Shown here: one piece after another, positions 8,756 through 19,300 of the stretch
Layout: every line of letters begins with the position of its first letter
Position numbering within the stretch: the stretch's first letter is position 1
Assembly (NCBI GenBank): GCA_964461815.1
Contig: CAYWVF010000014.1
Coordinates: 1,515-65,514 of the forward strand
Direction of reading: 5' to 3'
DNA length: 64,000 nt
DNA from: an uncultured Oscillospiraceae bacterium
GTDB lineage: Bacteria; Bacillota; Clostridia; Oscillospirales; QAMX01
Notes under the pieces: generated by a model
Databases searched by the model: none
What the model was told of the DNA's origin: nothing
What the model saw: only the letters and a program-made list of their open reading frames with translations
Made by a program: the position numbers and the translations under genes

Positions 8756-10804
8756 TTATGAAAATATTTCACCCTTCGAGCTGAATAGCTTGTCTATTGC
8801 GTTTTTCAGAGCCGTGTGCTCCGGAAGCTCAAGCTTCGGATCTCTTTCGAGTATACGCTTTGCTTCGACGGATGCGATCGACATGATCTCTATGTCACTT
8901 CCAAGCTGACCTATCCTCATAGTGGAAAGTCCGGATTGACGTTCGCCGAGCAGGTCGCCGGGGCCACGGAGCGCAAGATCAGCCTCCGCTATTTTAAAGC
9001 CGTCGTTAGTGGAGCACATTGCCTCAAGTCTGGCACGTGTATCACCTGCATCCGACCCGGAGAACAGCACACAGTAGGATTTGTGTACTCCTCGTCCGAC
9101 ACGACCTCTGAACTGGTGGAGCTGTGAAAGACCGAAGCGTTCACAGTTTTCAATTACAATGATCGCAGCATTCGGAACGTTTACACCTACCTCTATCACC
9201 GTTGTGGACACGAGCAGAGTGATCTCTCCTGCTGCGAAGCGACGCATTATCTCATCCTTTTGCTCGGACTTCATTCGACCGTGAACAAATTCGACGGTAA
9301 AATCGGGGAATATCTCATTCTTGAGCTTTGAAGCATATGCTTCTACGGATTTGCGGTTGTCACTGCCGTCATCGTCCAAGCTGATAACGGGACATACAAC
9401 ATATCCCTGTCTGCCTCGCAGGAAAAGCTTACGCATGAAGCCGTATACAGCGTCACGCTTTTCTTCACTGACAGCACGAGTATCTACAGCCTGACGTCCA
9501 GGCGGAAGCTCGTCGAGTATACTCAGGTCGAGATCTCCGTACATCATCAGAGCGAGAGTCCTCGGAATGGGAGTTGCACTCATTACTAGAACATGTACAT
9601 TATTGCCCTTGGCAGCAAGCGCACTGCGTTGACGCACTCCGAATCGATGCTGCTCATCTGTGATAACGAGTGCGAGAGATGAAAATTCCACGTCCTTTGA
9701 AAATGCCGAATGAGTTGCAATTAGAAAGTCGACCGCACCCTGTGCTACGGCAAAAAGCACCTCGTTTTTTTCACGTGTACTCATTCCTCCGGTCAGGAGT
9801 GCAGTGCGTATACCGAGTGAGGAAAACATAGGATCTAGATCGTTGTAATGCTGAGAGGCGAGTATTTCGGTAGGTGCCATAAGCACAGCCTGATATCCTC
9901 CCGATACGGCAATGTATGCTGCGGCTGCCGCTACTGCGGTTTTTCCCGAGCCAACATCACCTTGAATAAGTCTTCTCATTGGAGGCTTAGATACCGCTGT
10001 CATATCGGCGTAGATCTCACCGATGCATCGTATTTGAGCGGATGTCAGCTTGAACGGAAGAGAATTCGAGAATCGATCGAGGTCGCATTTCGGAAGTGAG
10101 AACGGGCGGTCGCTTTCTCGACATACACGAAGTGCGGACATACCGAGCGACATTACAAGAAACTCTTCGAATACAAGCCTTCGATGCGCTATTTTAAGTG
10201 ATTCAAAGGAGGTTGGATGGTGAATGTTGGAATAGGCAAAATCTATGTGTGCAAGCTCCAGCCGTTCACGCATTTCACGGGGAAGTATGTCCTCGAATTT
10301 GCAAAGCTTCAATGCATTGTCAACAGCCGAGGCTATCATACGATTTGACAGACCTTCAGTAAGTCGATATACAGGTATAATGCTTCCGGATGTACGGCTG
10401 TTGTCGGCAGGCTCAAAGGAAGGATTTATCATCTCTGTCCGTGAGCTTTCCTTTTTTACCTTGCCGTAAAAAATATAGCTGCCCTCCGGTAGCTCAAGAT
10501 AATTCGCATTAAAAAAGGTGATGTAAAGTATGCCTGTATCATCATATGCGGTCGCTCGCATGAGAAGCTTACCGGAGCGTACACGCTGCTTGAACGGAGG
10601 CTTTAATATGTCCGCACGAACACATGCTGTAACGCCATCGGTGAGCTCTTTTATTTTCAGGAATACAGTGCGATCTTCATAATTGCGAGGAAAGAAATTG
10701 ACAAGATCGTACAAATCAGATATGCCAAGCTTTGCAAAAAGCTTGGCACGTGTACTGCCTATGCCCGGCAGAGAGGTAATGCTCATGTTAAGTTTGCTGT
10801 CCAT
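8756..10804 (-). CDS. recG: ATP-dependent DNA helicase RecG
   Basis: Walker A GDVGSGKT. DEQHRFGV (DEQH box). Wedge domain and C-terminal helicase motifs. Start set at MDSKLNM. Confidence 0.9.
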   Translation of the reverse strand: MDSKLNMSITSLPGIGSTRAKLFAKLGISDLYDLVNFFPRNYEDRTVFLKIKELTDGVTACVRADILKPPFKQRVRSGKLLMRATAYDDTGILYITFFNANYLELPEGSYIFYGKVKKESSRTEMINPSFEPADNSRTSGSIIPVYRLTEGLSNRMIASAVDNALKLCKFEDILPREMRERLELAHIDFAYSNIHHPTSFESLKIAHRRLVFEEFLVMSLGMSALRVCRESDRPFSLPKCDLDRFSNSLPFKLTSAQIRCIGEIYADMTAVSKPPMRRLIQGDVGSGKTAVAAAAAYIAVSGGYQAVLMAPTEILASQHYNDLDPMFSSLGIRTALLTGGMSTREKNEVLFAVAQGAVDFLIATHSAFSKDVEFSSLALVITDEQHRFGVRQRSALAAKGNNVHVLVMSATPIPRTLALMMYGDLDLSILDELPPGRQAVDTRAVSEEKRDAVYGFMRKLFLRGRQGYVVCPVISLDDDGSDNRKSVEAYASKLKNEIFPDFTVEFVHGRMKSEQKDEIMRRFAAGEITLLVSTTVIEVGVNVPNAAIIVIENCERFGLSQLHQFRGRVGRGVHKSYCVLFSGSDAGDTRARLEAMCSTNDGFKIAEADLALRGPGDLLGERQSGLSTMRIGQLGSDIEIMSIASVEAKRILERDPKLELPEHTALKNAIDKLFSSKGEIFS

Positions 10805-12425
10805 TTTTATTACCTTTTCCTGTGCCGTTGAACACAAAGAGTGCAGCGGCGAGTGACCAGAACAGTCCCATCATGTAAGGTACCTCGAAGATATTTTCAA
10901 AGTAGCAGTGGACAAGTACGCCGCAAAGACCGGAGTATATGCCGACCGCTACGGGAAAGTATGAGGAACGCTCATGCTTTATACGCATAAGAGCTCGGAA
11001 GCCCAGAATAACAAGTGCGACCACAAGAATCAAAAAAGCTATGAGTCCTGTATAGCCCATTTCTGTACCTATTTTAAGATAGTAATTGTCCATGTAAAAA
11101 TATGAAAAAGCGTCTGTTTCTTCAAGTATCTGATTCTGCATGGCTACAGCTCCGCCGAAACGACCAAGACCGAATCCGAGTATCGGATTTGCACGCATGG
11201 TGGAATATCCGAAGCTCCAGCGAAGTGAACGTCCGCCCACTGCGCTTGCCTGTGCGAAGTCATCCGTAAAGAGATAGAGTATTCTGCTTGATACCTGCGG
11301 TACCATCAGTGCAGCAGTTGCGGCAAATACCAAGAGTCCAAGCAAACGCTTGTCCAGTATAAGTGCGAATACAACTACAGCGACTACCATTCCTACCCAT
11401 GCTCCACGTGAAAACGTTACGAGCAGACATACGCATTCAAGCATGACCGCAGACCACATGAGAAGCTTTGCTTTCATCGAACGGAAACGATATGCAAGTC
11501 CTGCAAATATAGGAGCGGTCATGACCATATATGAGCCTAAGATATTGGGGCTTCCCGTGATCGAATACGCTCTTGTACGAACTCCCTGCTCCGTCTGAGA
11601 GACCCAGCCTGCCGGAATAGGTGCTGCAATGATGTACTGATATATACCGTGGAGCGCCATGGCAAGACCTACAAGCGCTACGGTGAGCTCGAGTATCACG
11701 GCATCCTGCTCACTGTCAAGGAGACGCAGCATCACAAAGAACCACAGCATATACTGGATCGTAGCACGATAACCGTCTATGGCAATGGACATATCGGGAC
11801 TGTTAAAGCACATAAGTGCAAAGCCGACAGCGCAGAAGAAAAGTATCGGGATATCCAAAGCAGAGGCACGGCTGCACTCACCGTTAGGCGATTGAGGCTG
11901 CCTACCCGATATTTTACGGCAGATAATATATGCCACTGCTGCAAAAAACAGCAGCTCATCCCATAGTGAAGAAAGTATGGAGATGGAGATGTAATTTCTG
12001 ATAATGTAGTCAAGAGGCAGATATAATGCAGCAAGGATAATTATAAACTGCTTGAAATGTATGTTAAGCCGTGAGAAAATACGACCTAAAATACTGCCGT
12101 TCCATATTTTTATCAGAAAATGACCTAAAGAACACAGAAACCGATAGATCAGGCTGTTTCTGAATAAAGGCATGAAGAAATCACCGAATTTAGCTGCAAG
12201 TGTCGAAAACCATACGAGAATTGCTGCATAAAACGAGGTGTAGACGCTGCTGTTCCTGTTTACGAAACGGTCAAACAGCTTTTTCGTGTTGCTTGATGCA
12301 TAATGTGATGATAGAAATGCATTGATACGCCCCAAAACAGAGAAGGTATACCATGAATGAGCGTTTTCTGCAATGTGATCGTATGCACGCACGATAAAAC
12401 AGTTTTTCAAGATATTCATAAGCAT
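10788..12425 (-). CDS. O-antigen ligase (Wzy_C) family polytopic membrane protein
   Basis: 545 aa, more than 10 TM helices. TFSRGAWVG motif typical of the Wzy_C/WaaL family. Confidence 0.65.
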   Translation of the reverse strand: MLMNILKNCFIVRAYDHIAENAHSWYTFSVLGRINAFLSSHYASSNTKKLFDRFVNRNSSVYTSFYAAILVWFSTLAAKFGDFFMPLFRNSLIYRFLCSLGHFLIKIWNGSILGRIFSRLNIHFKQFIIILAALYLPLDYIIRNYISISILSSLWDELLFFAAVAYIICRKISGRQPQSPNGECSRASALDIPILFFCAVGFALMCFNSPDMSIAIDGYRATIQYMLWFFVMLRLLDSEQDAVILELTVALVGLAMALHGIYQYIIAAPIPAGWVSQTEQGVRTRAYSITGSPNILGSYMVMTAPIFAGLAYRFRSMKAKLLMWSAVMLECVCLLVTFSRGAWVGMVVAVVVFALILDKRLLGLLVFAATAALMVPQVSSRILYLFTDDFAQASAVGGRSLRWSFGYSTMRANPILGFGLGRFGGAVAMQNQILEETDAFSYFYMDNYYLKIGTEMGYTGLIAFLILVVALVILGFRALMRIKHERSSYFPVAVGIYSGLCGVLVHCYFENIFEVPYMMGLFWSLAAALFVFNGTGKGNKNGQQT

Positions 12426-12428
12426 CGT

Positions 12429-12938
12429 TTATTCTTCCGATTCGAGTACTACGGAATCAATTATAGCATTTGTTTCGAAGAAGCGTGTTTTAAGTGTAAA
12501 TGTACGTCCTGCACGTACCTCCTGATTGCCGATCTTAAGGATAGGAGTCGTAGAGGAAACTGTGCTCTCAACTGTCACGATGACATCACGCTTTGTCGGA
12601 TCCTCTGCATCGACGATAGTACCGTCATCTCTTACCGACTGGATTATATAAGGCGTGATTTCAACGTCTGTAATATATGCATCGATATAGTCATTACCTG
12701 CAATGAGCTGATAGCCTGTAAGATCACGACGCTCGAGCTCTGCGAGAGTGTAGGAATATGTTCCTCTGATCCTCAGGGTAGTCGTCATTTTTGTAGTGGG
12801 TGAAACTGTTTCCTGAACCTTATCTCCGAGCAGCTTCCAGCCTACACCGCCTACGAGAAGCAGAGCGATCAATATGCAGATCAGGTCTACTACATTTATT
12901 ATACCGAACAGCTTACCCTTTTCGTTAATTACTTTCAT
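12429..12938 (-). CDS. DUF4330-like single-pass membrane protein
   Basis: 169 aa. N-terminal TM helix followed by a beta-rich soluble domain. Lies immediately upstream of the Wzy_C-like gene. Confidence 0.5.
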   Translation of the reverse strand: MKVINEKGKLFGIINVVDLICILIALLLVGGVGWKLLGDKVQETVSPTTKMTTTLRIRGTYSYTLAELERRDLTGYQLIAGNDYIDAYITDVEITPYIIQSVRDDGTIVDAEDPTKRDVIVTVESTVSSTTPILKIGNQEVRAGRTFTLKTRFFETNAIIDSVVLESEE

Positions 12939-12958
12939 AAGAACTCCTTTGTAAATGT

Positions 12959-13969
12959 TTAAGTATGCATGACAAATGATGCTTGTCTGAGATGTATTTT
13001 CGTTACTGTCTTAGTGGGGATGCCATCCTCCGAAACGGGGATGATATTGAGCGTATCTGAACGCTGATTTGCAACAAATACAAACCTCTCATCCTCGGAC
13101 AGCTCTATATGGCGAGGCCATATACCGCCGCAATCGACCTCGGTGATATACTTTATCATACCGCCCTGAGATACCTCGAATACAACTATCGTATTTGCAC
13201 CTCTGTTCGTACCGTAGAGAAGGGAGTGCGTCCCGGAATAGCATAGGCTCGCACCGTAGCTTATATCGGTAAAGTCACCCTTCAGTGTACTGAGCCGCTG
13301 TATCACCTTTAATTCACCTGTACGCTCATCTGAGGAGATAACGTACATTATATTCGAGTATTCGGTGATCATGTACATGATCGGAAGATCGGGATGATGC
13401 ATGATATGACGTGGACCGTCACCCGGCTGGAGCTTAAGAAAAGCACACTCACGCACCTCACCGCCGGATACATCATACGTTACGACTCTGTCACGTCCGA
13501 GATCGACAGCATACATGTATTTCTCATTCTTTGATGATATGATACAGTGCGGATGACTTACGATGTTGCTTTCGCTGTAGCAGAAATGTGATACAAGCTT
13601 GCTTGGAACACGGTTTTCATCGAGAGAAAAGAAGTAGACGTCACCGCTGCCGTAGCAGGTACATGCGATAAGACCTTCGGATTCATTGAGACTGAGATGA
13701 CATATGCTGTCACCCGGGAATGATATGCTGCCTATCAGCCTGTAGCCGTCGGGATCATGTGAGAATGCTGCAAGTCCCATGGTGTTTTTTGTCATGACGA
13801 CCGAATACAGCCTTTGACCGTCCTTTGACATACAGAGAAAGTTTGGATTCTCAACTCCGTTTATAGTCTCAAGGCTGATGAGCTTACCGTCCTCCGACAG
13901 CTCACATTCATAAATAGAGTCAAACAGTGAATTGTTATAGCCTGATGCGAGTATCTTCATATGCATCAT
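12959..13969 (-). CDS. Lactonase family protein (7-bladed beta-propeller, 6-phosphogluconolactonase-like)
   Basis: 336 aa. Composition and repeat pattern consistent with the Lactonase (3-carboxymuconate cyclase-like) family. Confidence 0.65.
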   Translation of the reverse strand: MMHMKILASGYNNSLFDSIYECELSEDGKLISLETINGVENPNFLCMSKDGQRLYSVVMTKNTMGLAAFSHDPDGYRLIGSISFPGDSICHLSLNESEGLIACTCYGSGDVYFFSLDENRVPSKLVSHFCYSESNIVSHPHCIISSKNEKYMYAVDLGRDRVVTYDVSGGEVRECAFLKLQPGDGPRHIMHHPDLPIMYMITEYSNIMYVISSDERTGELKVIQRLSTLKGDFTDISYGASLCYSGTHSLLYGTNRGANTIVVFEVSQGGMIKYITEVDCGGIWPRHIELSEDERFVFVANQRSDTLNIIPVSEDGIPTKTVTKIHLRQASFVMHT

Positions 13970-13993
13970 AACCCTTCTGTATATATTTTTACC

Positions 13994-14809
13994 TTAATAT
14001 TTTTCAATTTCTACTCGTGAAACCTTTCCGCAGATATCTCTGCCGAGGAACATGGATGCGTATTTTTCAAAGCTCTCCACACTGTCGCTTACGTAGAAGC
14101 TGTAGCTTCCACCCTCGGTACGACCTGAGCGCTTTTCGGTAACATTTAGAAGCTCGTCAAGCTGAGATACAGCCGCTGCACCTGAATTGATGAGCGTTAC
14201 GCTGTCTCCCATATATTCGCCTATAGCGTCGGCAAGAAGCGGGTAGTGTGTGCAGCCGAGTACGAGCGTGTCAATATCAAAGCTCTTGAGCTCTTCGAGA
14301 TATTCACGAACCATTATCCTGACTACCTCATCATCTGCACGATATCTTCCGTTTTCCACAAGCGGCACGAACAGCGGACATGCTCTTTCGAATACCTCCG
14401 CATCTGAGCGCAGCTCACGTATCATCGTGCCGAAAGCACCTGAGCTTATAGTACCCTGAGTACCGATCACGCCTATTCTGCCTGTTTTACTCAGTGACGA
14501 TGCCATAGCCGCAGAGCTTTTTACCGTGCCTATCATAGGAACATCGAATTTTCCTGCGATAGTATCGTGCGCTACAGAGCTCACTGTGCCGCATGCGATC
14601 ACAACTGCCTTTGCATCAAAGCTGTGAATAAAAGCGATGTCCTGCATGGCATATTTGATGATCGTTTCACGGCTTCTTGTTCCATAGGGAACACGACCGG
14701 TGTCACCGAAGTATATAATATCCTCACCCGGCATTGTGCTCATAAGCTCACGTACCGTAGTCAGTCCGCCGAGTCCGGAATCAAAGACGCCGATAGGGCG
14801 TTTATCCAT
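13994..14809 (-). CDS. murI: Glutamate racemase
   Basis: IGVFDSGLGGLTTVRE N-terminal motif. The two catalytic Cys contexts are present. Confidence 0.9.
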   Translation of the reverse strand: MDKRPIGVFDSGLGGLTTVRELMSTMPGEDIIYFGDTGRVPYGTRSRETIIKYAMQDIAFIHSFDAKAVVIACGTVSSVAHDTIAGKFDVPMIGTVKSSAAMASSLSKTGRIGVIGTQGTISSGAFGTMIRELRSDAEVFERACPLFVPLVENGRYRADDEVVRIMVREYLEELKSFDIDTLVLGCTHYPLLADAIGEYMGDSVTLINSGAAAVSQLDELLNVTEKRSGRTEGGSYSFYVSDSVESFEKYASMFLGRDICGKVSRVEIEKY

Positions 14810-14816
14810 TTAATAC

Positions 14817-15881
14817 TCACCTGACCTTTTCCAGTGCCAATGTTACAAGCCTATCAATAAGCTCGGAATAGGAGATACCGTCATAGCCGAAAAGCTTTGA
14901 ATACATGCTGATATTTGTAAAGCCAGGGAGCGTATTGATCTCATTGAATATGACCTGACCGTTTGTGCGGACAAAGAAGTCAACTCTTGACAGACCATCA
15001 CAGCCCAGTGCGTTAAAGACCTTGAGTGCGTTGGCTTTTATCTCATTGGAGGCTTCGTTGCTGATCCTTGCAGGAATGAGAGTTTTGGAGCTTGCGTCGT
15101 TGTACTTAGCATCGTAGGTGTAAAACTCCTGAACGGGAAGTATCTCACCGACCGTAGATGTGATCTGGCTGCGAAGACTGCCGAGAACGGCAACCTCTAC
15201 CTCCTGACCTACTATACCCTCTTCGAATACGACCTGAAGATCATATTTTGACGCTTCCTCGACAGCACTCTTAAGAGCATCGGCAGTCTTAACCTTTGAG
15301 ATACCTACGGACGAGCCTGTTCCGGCAGGCTTTACAAAGAGAGGCAGACCGAGAGCGTCAACTATGCGCTTTGTCTCAGCCTCTTCGTTTGCAAAGTAAT
15401 CGGATGCAAACATGGAGTACCATTTTGCCTGTGCTACGCCGACCTTGTCGGCAAACATTTTCGTATAGATCTTATTCATGCAGTTTGCACTTGCCGCAAC
15501 TCCGCAGCCTACGTAGGGAATGCCGGAAAGCTCGAAAAGACCCTGGATAACTCCGTCCTCACAATATTGACCGTGCATTACAGGGAATATGACGTCGATA
15601 TGTATGCGCTCGCCGTTGCTTGTGAAAAGACCGTGTACGGAACGGTCGGGAGAGATAGTCGCTTCGATATTGCTTTCACAGCTAAGCCATTCTCCGTTTG
15701 CGACCTGCGACCAGTCGTTACCGCCGTAGAGATACCAGCGTCCGTCCTTTGTTATTCCTATCGGATAAATATTGTATTTTTCTTTATCAACATTTTGTAA
15801 AACTCCGGCAGCGGAATTTTGTGATACCTCATATTCGCTTGACATACCGCCGAAAATTATTGCAAGATTTTTCTTTTCCAT
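14817..15881 (-). CDS. ddl: D-alanine--D-alanine ligase
   Basis: LAIIFGGMSSEYEVS N-terminus. ATP-grasp C-terminal domain. Adjacent to murI. Confidence 0.9.
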   Translation of the reverse strand: MEKKNLAIIFGGMSSEYEVSQNSAAGVLQNVDKEKYNIYPIGITKDGRWYLYGGNDWSQVANGEWLSCESNIEATISPDRSVHGLFTSNGERIHIDVIFPVMHGQYCEDGVIQGLFELSGIPYVGCGVAASANCMNKIYTKMFADKVGVAQAKWYSMFASDYFANEEAETKRIVDALGLPLFVKPAGTGSSVGISKVKTADALKSAVEEASKYDLQVVFEEGIVGQEVEVAVLGSLRSQITSTVGEILPVQEFYTYDAKYNDASSKTLIPARISNEASNEIKANALKVFNALGCDGLSRVDFFVRTNGQVIFNEINTLPGFTNISMYSKLFGYDGISYSELIDRLVTLALEKVR

Positions 15882-15957
15882 GTGATCCCTCCGATATAAA
15901 ATTATATACTATAATGACCTGCAAATCAATTGAATAAAGTAAACAAGATGAAAATTT

Positions 15958-17391
15958 TTACCAAATTGCATATGCGGAACGAAGTCTGGGATACATATCT
16001 CTATATATGTCAAAGCGGCGCAGAATATTACCGCTGAGCTCGTGCGGCTCGACGTATGACTCTATCGCAACATTTGCATCGGCAGCCTCTGTGATATCAT
16101 TATACCATTTTGCACCGACTGCTGCAATGAGTGCCGCACCGAGAGCACCTGACTGCTTTTCACATGGACGCTCCAATGTGCAGCCGAATATGTCTGATTT
16201 CATGCGATTGAGAAATTCATTCTGAGCAGCACCGCCGCCGATACGCATACGATGCTCGATATTGTCGTCTATGGGAAGTATGCTCCACATATGATATGCA
16301 CTGAATACTACGCCCTCAAGTATGGCATACATCATTTCATCACGTGTTGTGGAATCGGAGAGTCCGAAGAATACACCCTTTGCGGAGCTGTCCCAAATAG
16401 GAGCACGCTCTCCGCAGAGATAGGGCAGGAATATCGGAGGCTTTGACTCGCCCTTGCCTGTCTTATCGTAGAGCGCAAGCATGGAGCTGTCATTATAGCC
16501 AAACATATCAAAGCCCCAGTCGATAGACGGTCCGGCAGATGCATTGACACCAAAGGTCATATGACCGTTGAAAAACGGTATGCATATCGTGTTCTCATCG
16601 CCGACTATATCTGAGGTGATGGTACCGACATGCTCGGACGTTCCCGTAATGTCAAAGCTTTGACCTGCCTTTGTTACACCCATTCCGGCAAGAGATGCAT
16701 GGCTGTCGTTGCAGCCGAGGTACACCGGGATACCTGCCTTCAGTCCGAGCTTTGAAGCAGCCTCAGCCGTAAGACAGCCGGGGGCGGCAAATGCATCGGT
16801 GATCTCCGGCAGCTTATCACGTGACGTGCCGACAAGCTCAAGCGTTTCGTCTGTAACTACGGCTTCGGGAAGCTTTACAAGACCGTTCCATGTATATATA
16901 TCGGAATAGATTATACCTGTGAGTACTTTATAAAGATAGTCCTTCGGAGCGAGCAGCTTTTCACATGCGTTCCATTCCTTCGGACGCTGCTCTTTGAACC
17001 ATCTGATACGGGGAGCTGGGTATGAAATAAGCTTCGGGTGAGGCATTGCGATATTTTCAATGTAAAATTCACGGCTTCTCTCACTCAGCAGCTCATCAAG
17101 CTGCTTTTCAGCTCCGCCCTCTGCCCATCCGTATACCGGGATGTCATCGCTTCCCTCATTATATAAAAGATAAGTGCCGACCTGTGTTGTAAGGCCGATA
17201 CCTTCAACGGAGGATACATCGATATCGTCTATTACGTTGCGTACTGCGTCTGCTATAGCATCGACCCAGGCGGCAGGTGACGTTTTTTCACCGTCGTGAT
17301 ACATCGTGCGGCAGGTGCGTATAGCTCCGTCACGGCTGAGAAGTGCGGCTTTTACAGATGATGTTCCTACGTCAAGTCCTATTGTGTACAT
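15958..17391 (-). CDS. FGGY-family carbohydrate kinase
   Basis: 477 aa. N-terminus IGLDVGTSSVKAAL (FGGY N-domain) and C-terminal FGGY_C region. Confidence 0.85.
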   Translation of the reverse strand: MYTIGLDVGTSSVKAALLSRDGAIRTCRTMYHDGEKTSPAAWVDAIADAVRNVIDDIDVSSVEGIGLTTQVGTYLLYNEGSDDIPVYGWAEGGAEKQLDELLSERSREFYIENIAMPHPKLISYPAPRIRWFKEQRPKEWNACEKLLAPKDYLYKVLTGIIYSDIYTWNGLVKLPEAVVTDETLELVGTSRDKLPEITDAFAAPGCLTAEAASKLGLKAGIPVYLGCNDSHASLAGMGVTKAGQSFDITGTSEHVGTITSDIVGDENTICIPFFNGHMTFGVNASAGPSIDWGFDMFGYNDSSMLALYDKTGKGESKPPIFLPYLCGERAPIWDSSAKGVFFGLSDSTTRDEMMYAILEGVVFSAYHMWSILPIDDNIEHRMRIGGGAAQNEFLNRMKSDIFGCTLERPCEKQSGALGAALIAAVGAKWYNDITEAADANVAIESYVEPHELSGNILRRFDIYRDMYPRLRSAYAIW

Positions 17392-17597
17392 TGAGAACGA
17401 TTCCTTTCATGATAAAGATAGATAAAAATATTACTATATAATTGTAAGCTTTTTACGCCGAATTGTAAAGAAGAAAATTTGTATTTTTAATGTCAAAAGC
17501 TGATTTGCGTGACTCGAAGAGAGCAAAAGACGAAAATACCGCATGATCGCATTTTTAGTATTGTAATTTTAACGGTTTTGATGTAAAATATATATAC

Positions 17598-18701
17598 GTG
17601 TATTTATATGTTCGAAAGAGTGAGATAGTGAATACTGAAATATTGAGGATAAACGATATAAAAGCGGATGCGGAAAACGTAAACCGTGCAGGCAGACTGA
17701 TACGGGACGGCGGTATAGTTGCACTGCCTACGGAGACAGTATACGGACTCGGTGCAAATGCGTTTGATACTGCCGCAGTTGCAAGAGTATTTGAAGCAAA
17801 GGGTCGCCCTGCCGATAATCCATTTATTGTACATATCTGCGAAAAGGAACAGATGGATGAGCTTTGTCGCGATATTCCCGATGAAGCAAGAGCACTTGCC
17901 GACAGTTTGTGGCCGGGACCGTTGACGATAATACTCCCGAGAAACAGATCTATTCCGGATATCGTCACCGCAGGTCTTGATACCGTGGGGATAAGATTTC
18001 CGTCGCACCCCATAGCACGTGCGATAATACGAGCCTCCGGCGTTCCCGTTGCGGCTCCGTCGGCAAACAGATCGGGAAGACCGAGTACAACGTCGTTTTT
18101 GCATACCTACGAGGATCTCAACGGCAGAGTAGACGCCATAGTTGATGGCGGTGATGCATACGCAGGAGTGGAATCCACAGTTGTTGAGATATCGGGCGAC
18201 AGACTCAGATTGCTTAGACCGGGAGTTATAACGCTTGATGATATCCGCATGTCACTTGAGGAAAGCGGATTCTCCGGCTACAGCATCGAGCTTGATGCTG
18301 CATTGAAGCGGAAGCTCGGAGAGAACGAAAGACCTCGTGCTCCGGGAATGAAGTACAGGCATTATGCACCGAAGGCTCCCGTAACGGCATTTACAGGCGA
18401 TGCAGATCAGACTGCCGAGGAGATAAGACTAAGAGCTCACGGAAAAGCAAATACGGCAGTGCTCTGCTTTGACGAATATAAGGATATGTTTGACCGAGCG
18501 GTGATATATGGCAGTAAAAATGATCAGGCAGCGCAGGCTCATGAGCTTTTTTCGGCACTGCGAAGCTTTGACAGTATGGATGATGTCGAGGAAATACTGG
18601 CTCAGTGTCCTGATGATGACGGAGTAGGACTTGCTGTCGCAAACAGACTGAAAAAAGCGGCAGGCTTTAATGTTATTAATATAAAGCGGGAAGAAAAATG
18701 A
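17598..18701 (+). CDS. tsaC: L-threonylcarbamoyladenylate synthase (Sua5/YwlC type, with C-terminal Sua5 domain)
   Basis: TETVYGLGANAFD...KGRPADNPFIVHI YrdC signature. Real start may be the GTG at 17628. Confidence 0.85.
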   Translation: MYLYVRKSEIVNTEILRINDIKADAENVNRAGRLIRDGGIVALPTETVYGLGANAFDTAAVARVFEAKGRPADNPFIVHICEKEQMDELCRDIPDEARALADSLWPGPLTIILPRNRSIPDIVTAGLDTVGIRFPSHPIARAIIRASGVPVAAPSANRSGRPSTTSFLHTYEDLNGRVDAIVDGGDAYAGVESTVVEISGDRLRLLRPGVITLDDIRMSLEESGFSGYSIELDAALKRKLGENERPRAPGMKYRHYAPKAPVTAFTGDADQTAEEIRLRAHGKANTAVLCFDEYKDMFDRAVIYGSKNDQAAQAHELFSALRSFDSMDDVEEILAQCPDDDGVGLAVANRLKKAAGFNVINIKREEK

Positions 18702-19300
18702 AGATAATCGGACTTACAGGCTCTACCGGAGCCGGAAAAAGTGCGGCATCGCGAATATTAAGCGCCATGGGCGCAAAAATAATAGACGCCGATGCTGTGT
18801 ATCACGATCTGCTTGAAAGCAGCAAGGCTATGAACTTCGAGCTCGAGAGAAAATTCCCGGAAGCATATGAGGACGGAAGACTCGACAGGAAAAAGCTGGG
18901 CAGGCTCGTTTTCGGCTCGCCCGAGGAAATAAAGATACTTAACCATATAACGCACAGGTATGTGATAAATGAGATAGACTCACTTCTGGAGAGGTACAGG
19001 ACGGAAAATGTCAATGCTGCCGTTATAGATGCGCCGCTGCTGATAGAAAGCGGAGCGGATAAGCTGTGTGACGTAACTGTTGCGATAACAGCACCTAAGG
19101 AGCTCAGACTTGAGCGCATTGCAGCGAGAGACAGCATAAGCCGAGAGTACGCCTCTCTCAGGATAGAGGCTCAGCCGGATGATGCATTTTACAAGAACCG
19201 CTGCACATATACTGTGGAAAATTCTTCGACTGAAGCTGAGCTTGAGAAAAAGATAAAAAAGATAATGATAAATATAATAGATCAGAAAGGAATAAGTACT
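18698..19300 (+). CDS. coaE: Dephospho-CoA kinase domain; reads in-frame, with no stop codon, into the next gene
   Basis: IIGLTGSTGAGKSAAS P-loop. About 200-aa CoaE fold. Overlaps tsaC by 4 nt. Confidence 0.7.

Noticed and set aside
17604-18104. 166-aa minus-strand ORF, and 152 aa at 17555..18013
   Set aside because: Antisense to the well-supported tsaC/sua5 gene. Cys/Arg-rich composition with no ribosome-binding site.
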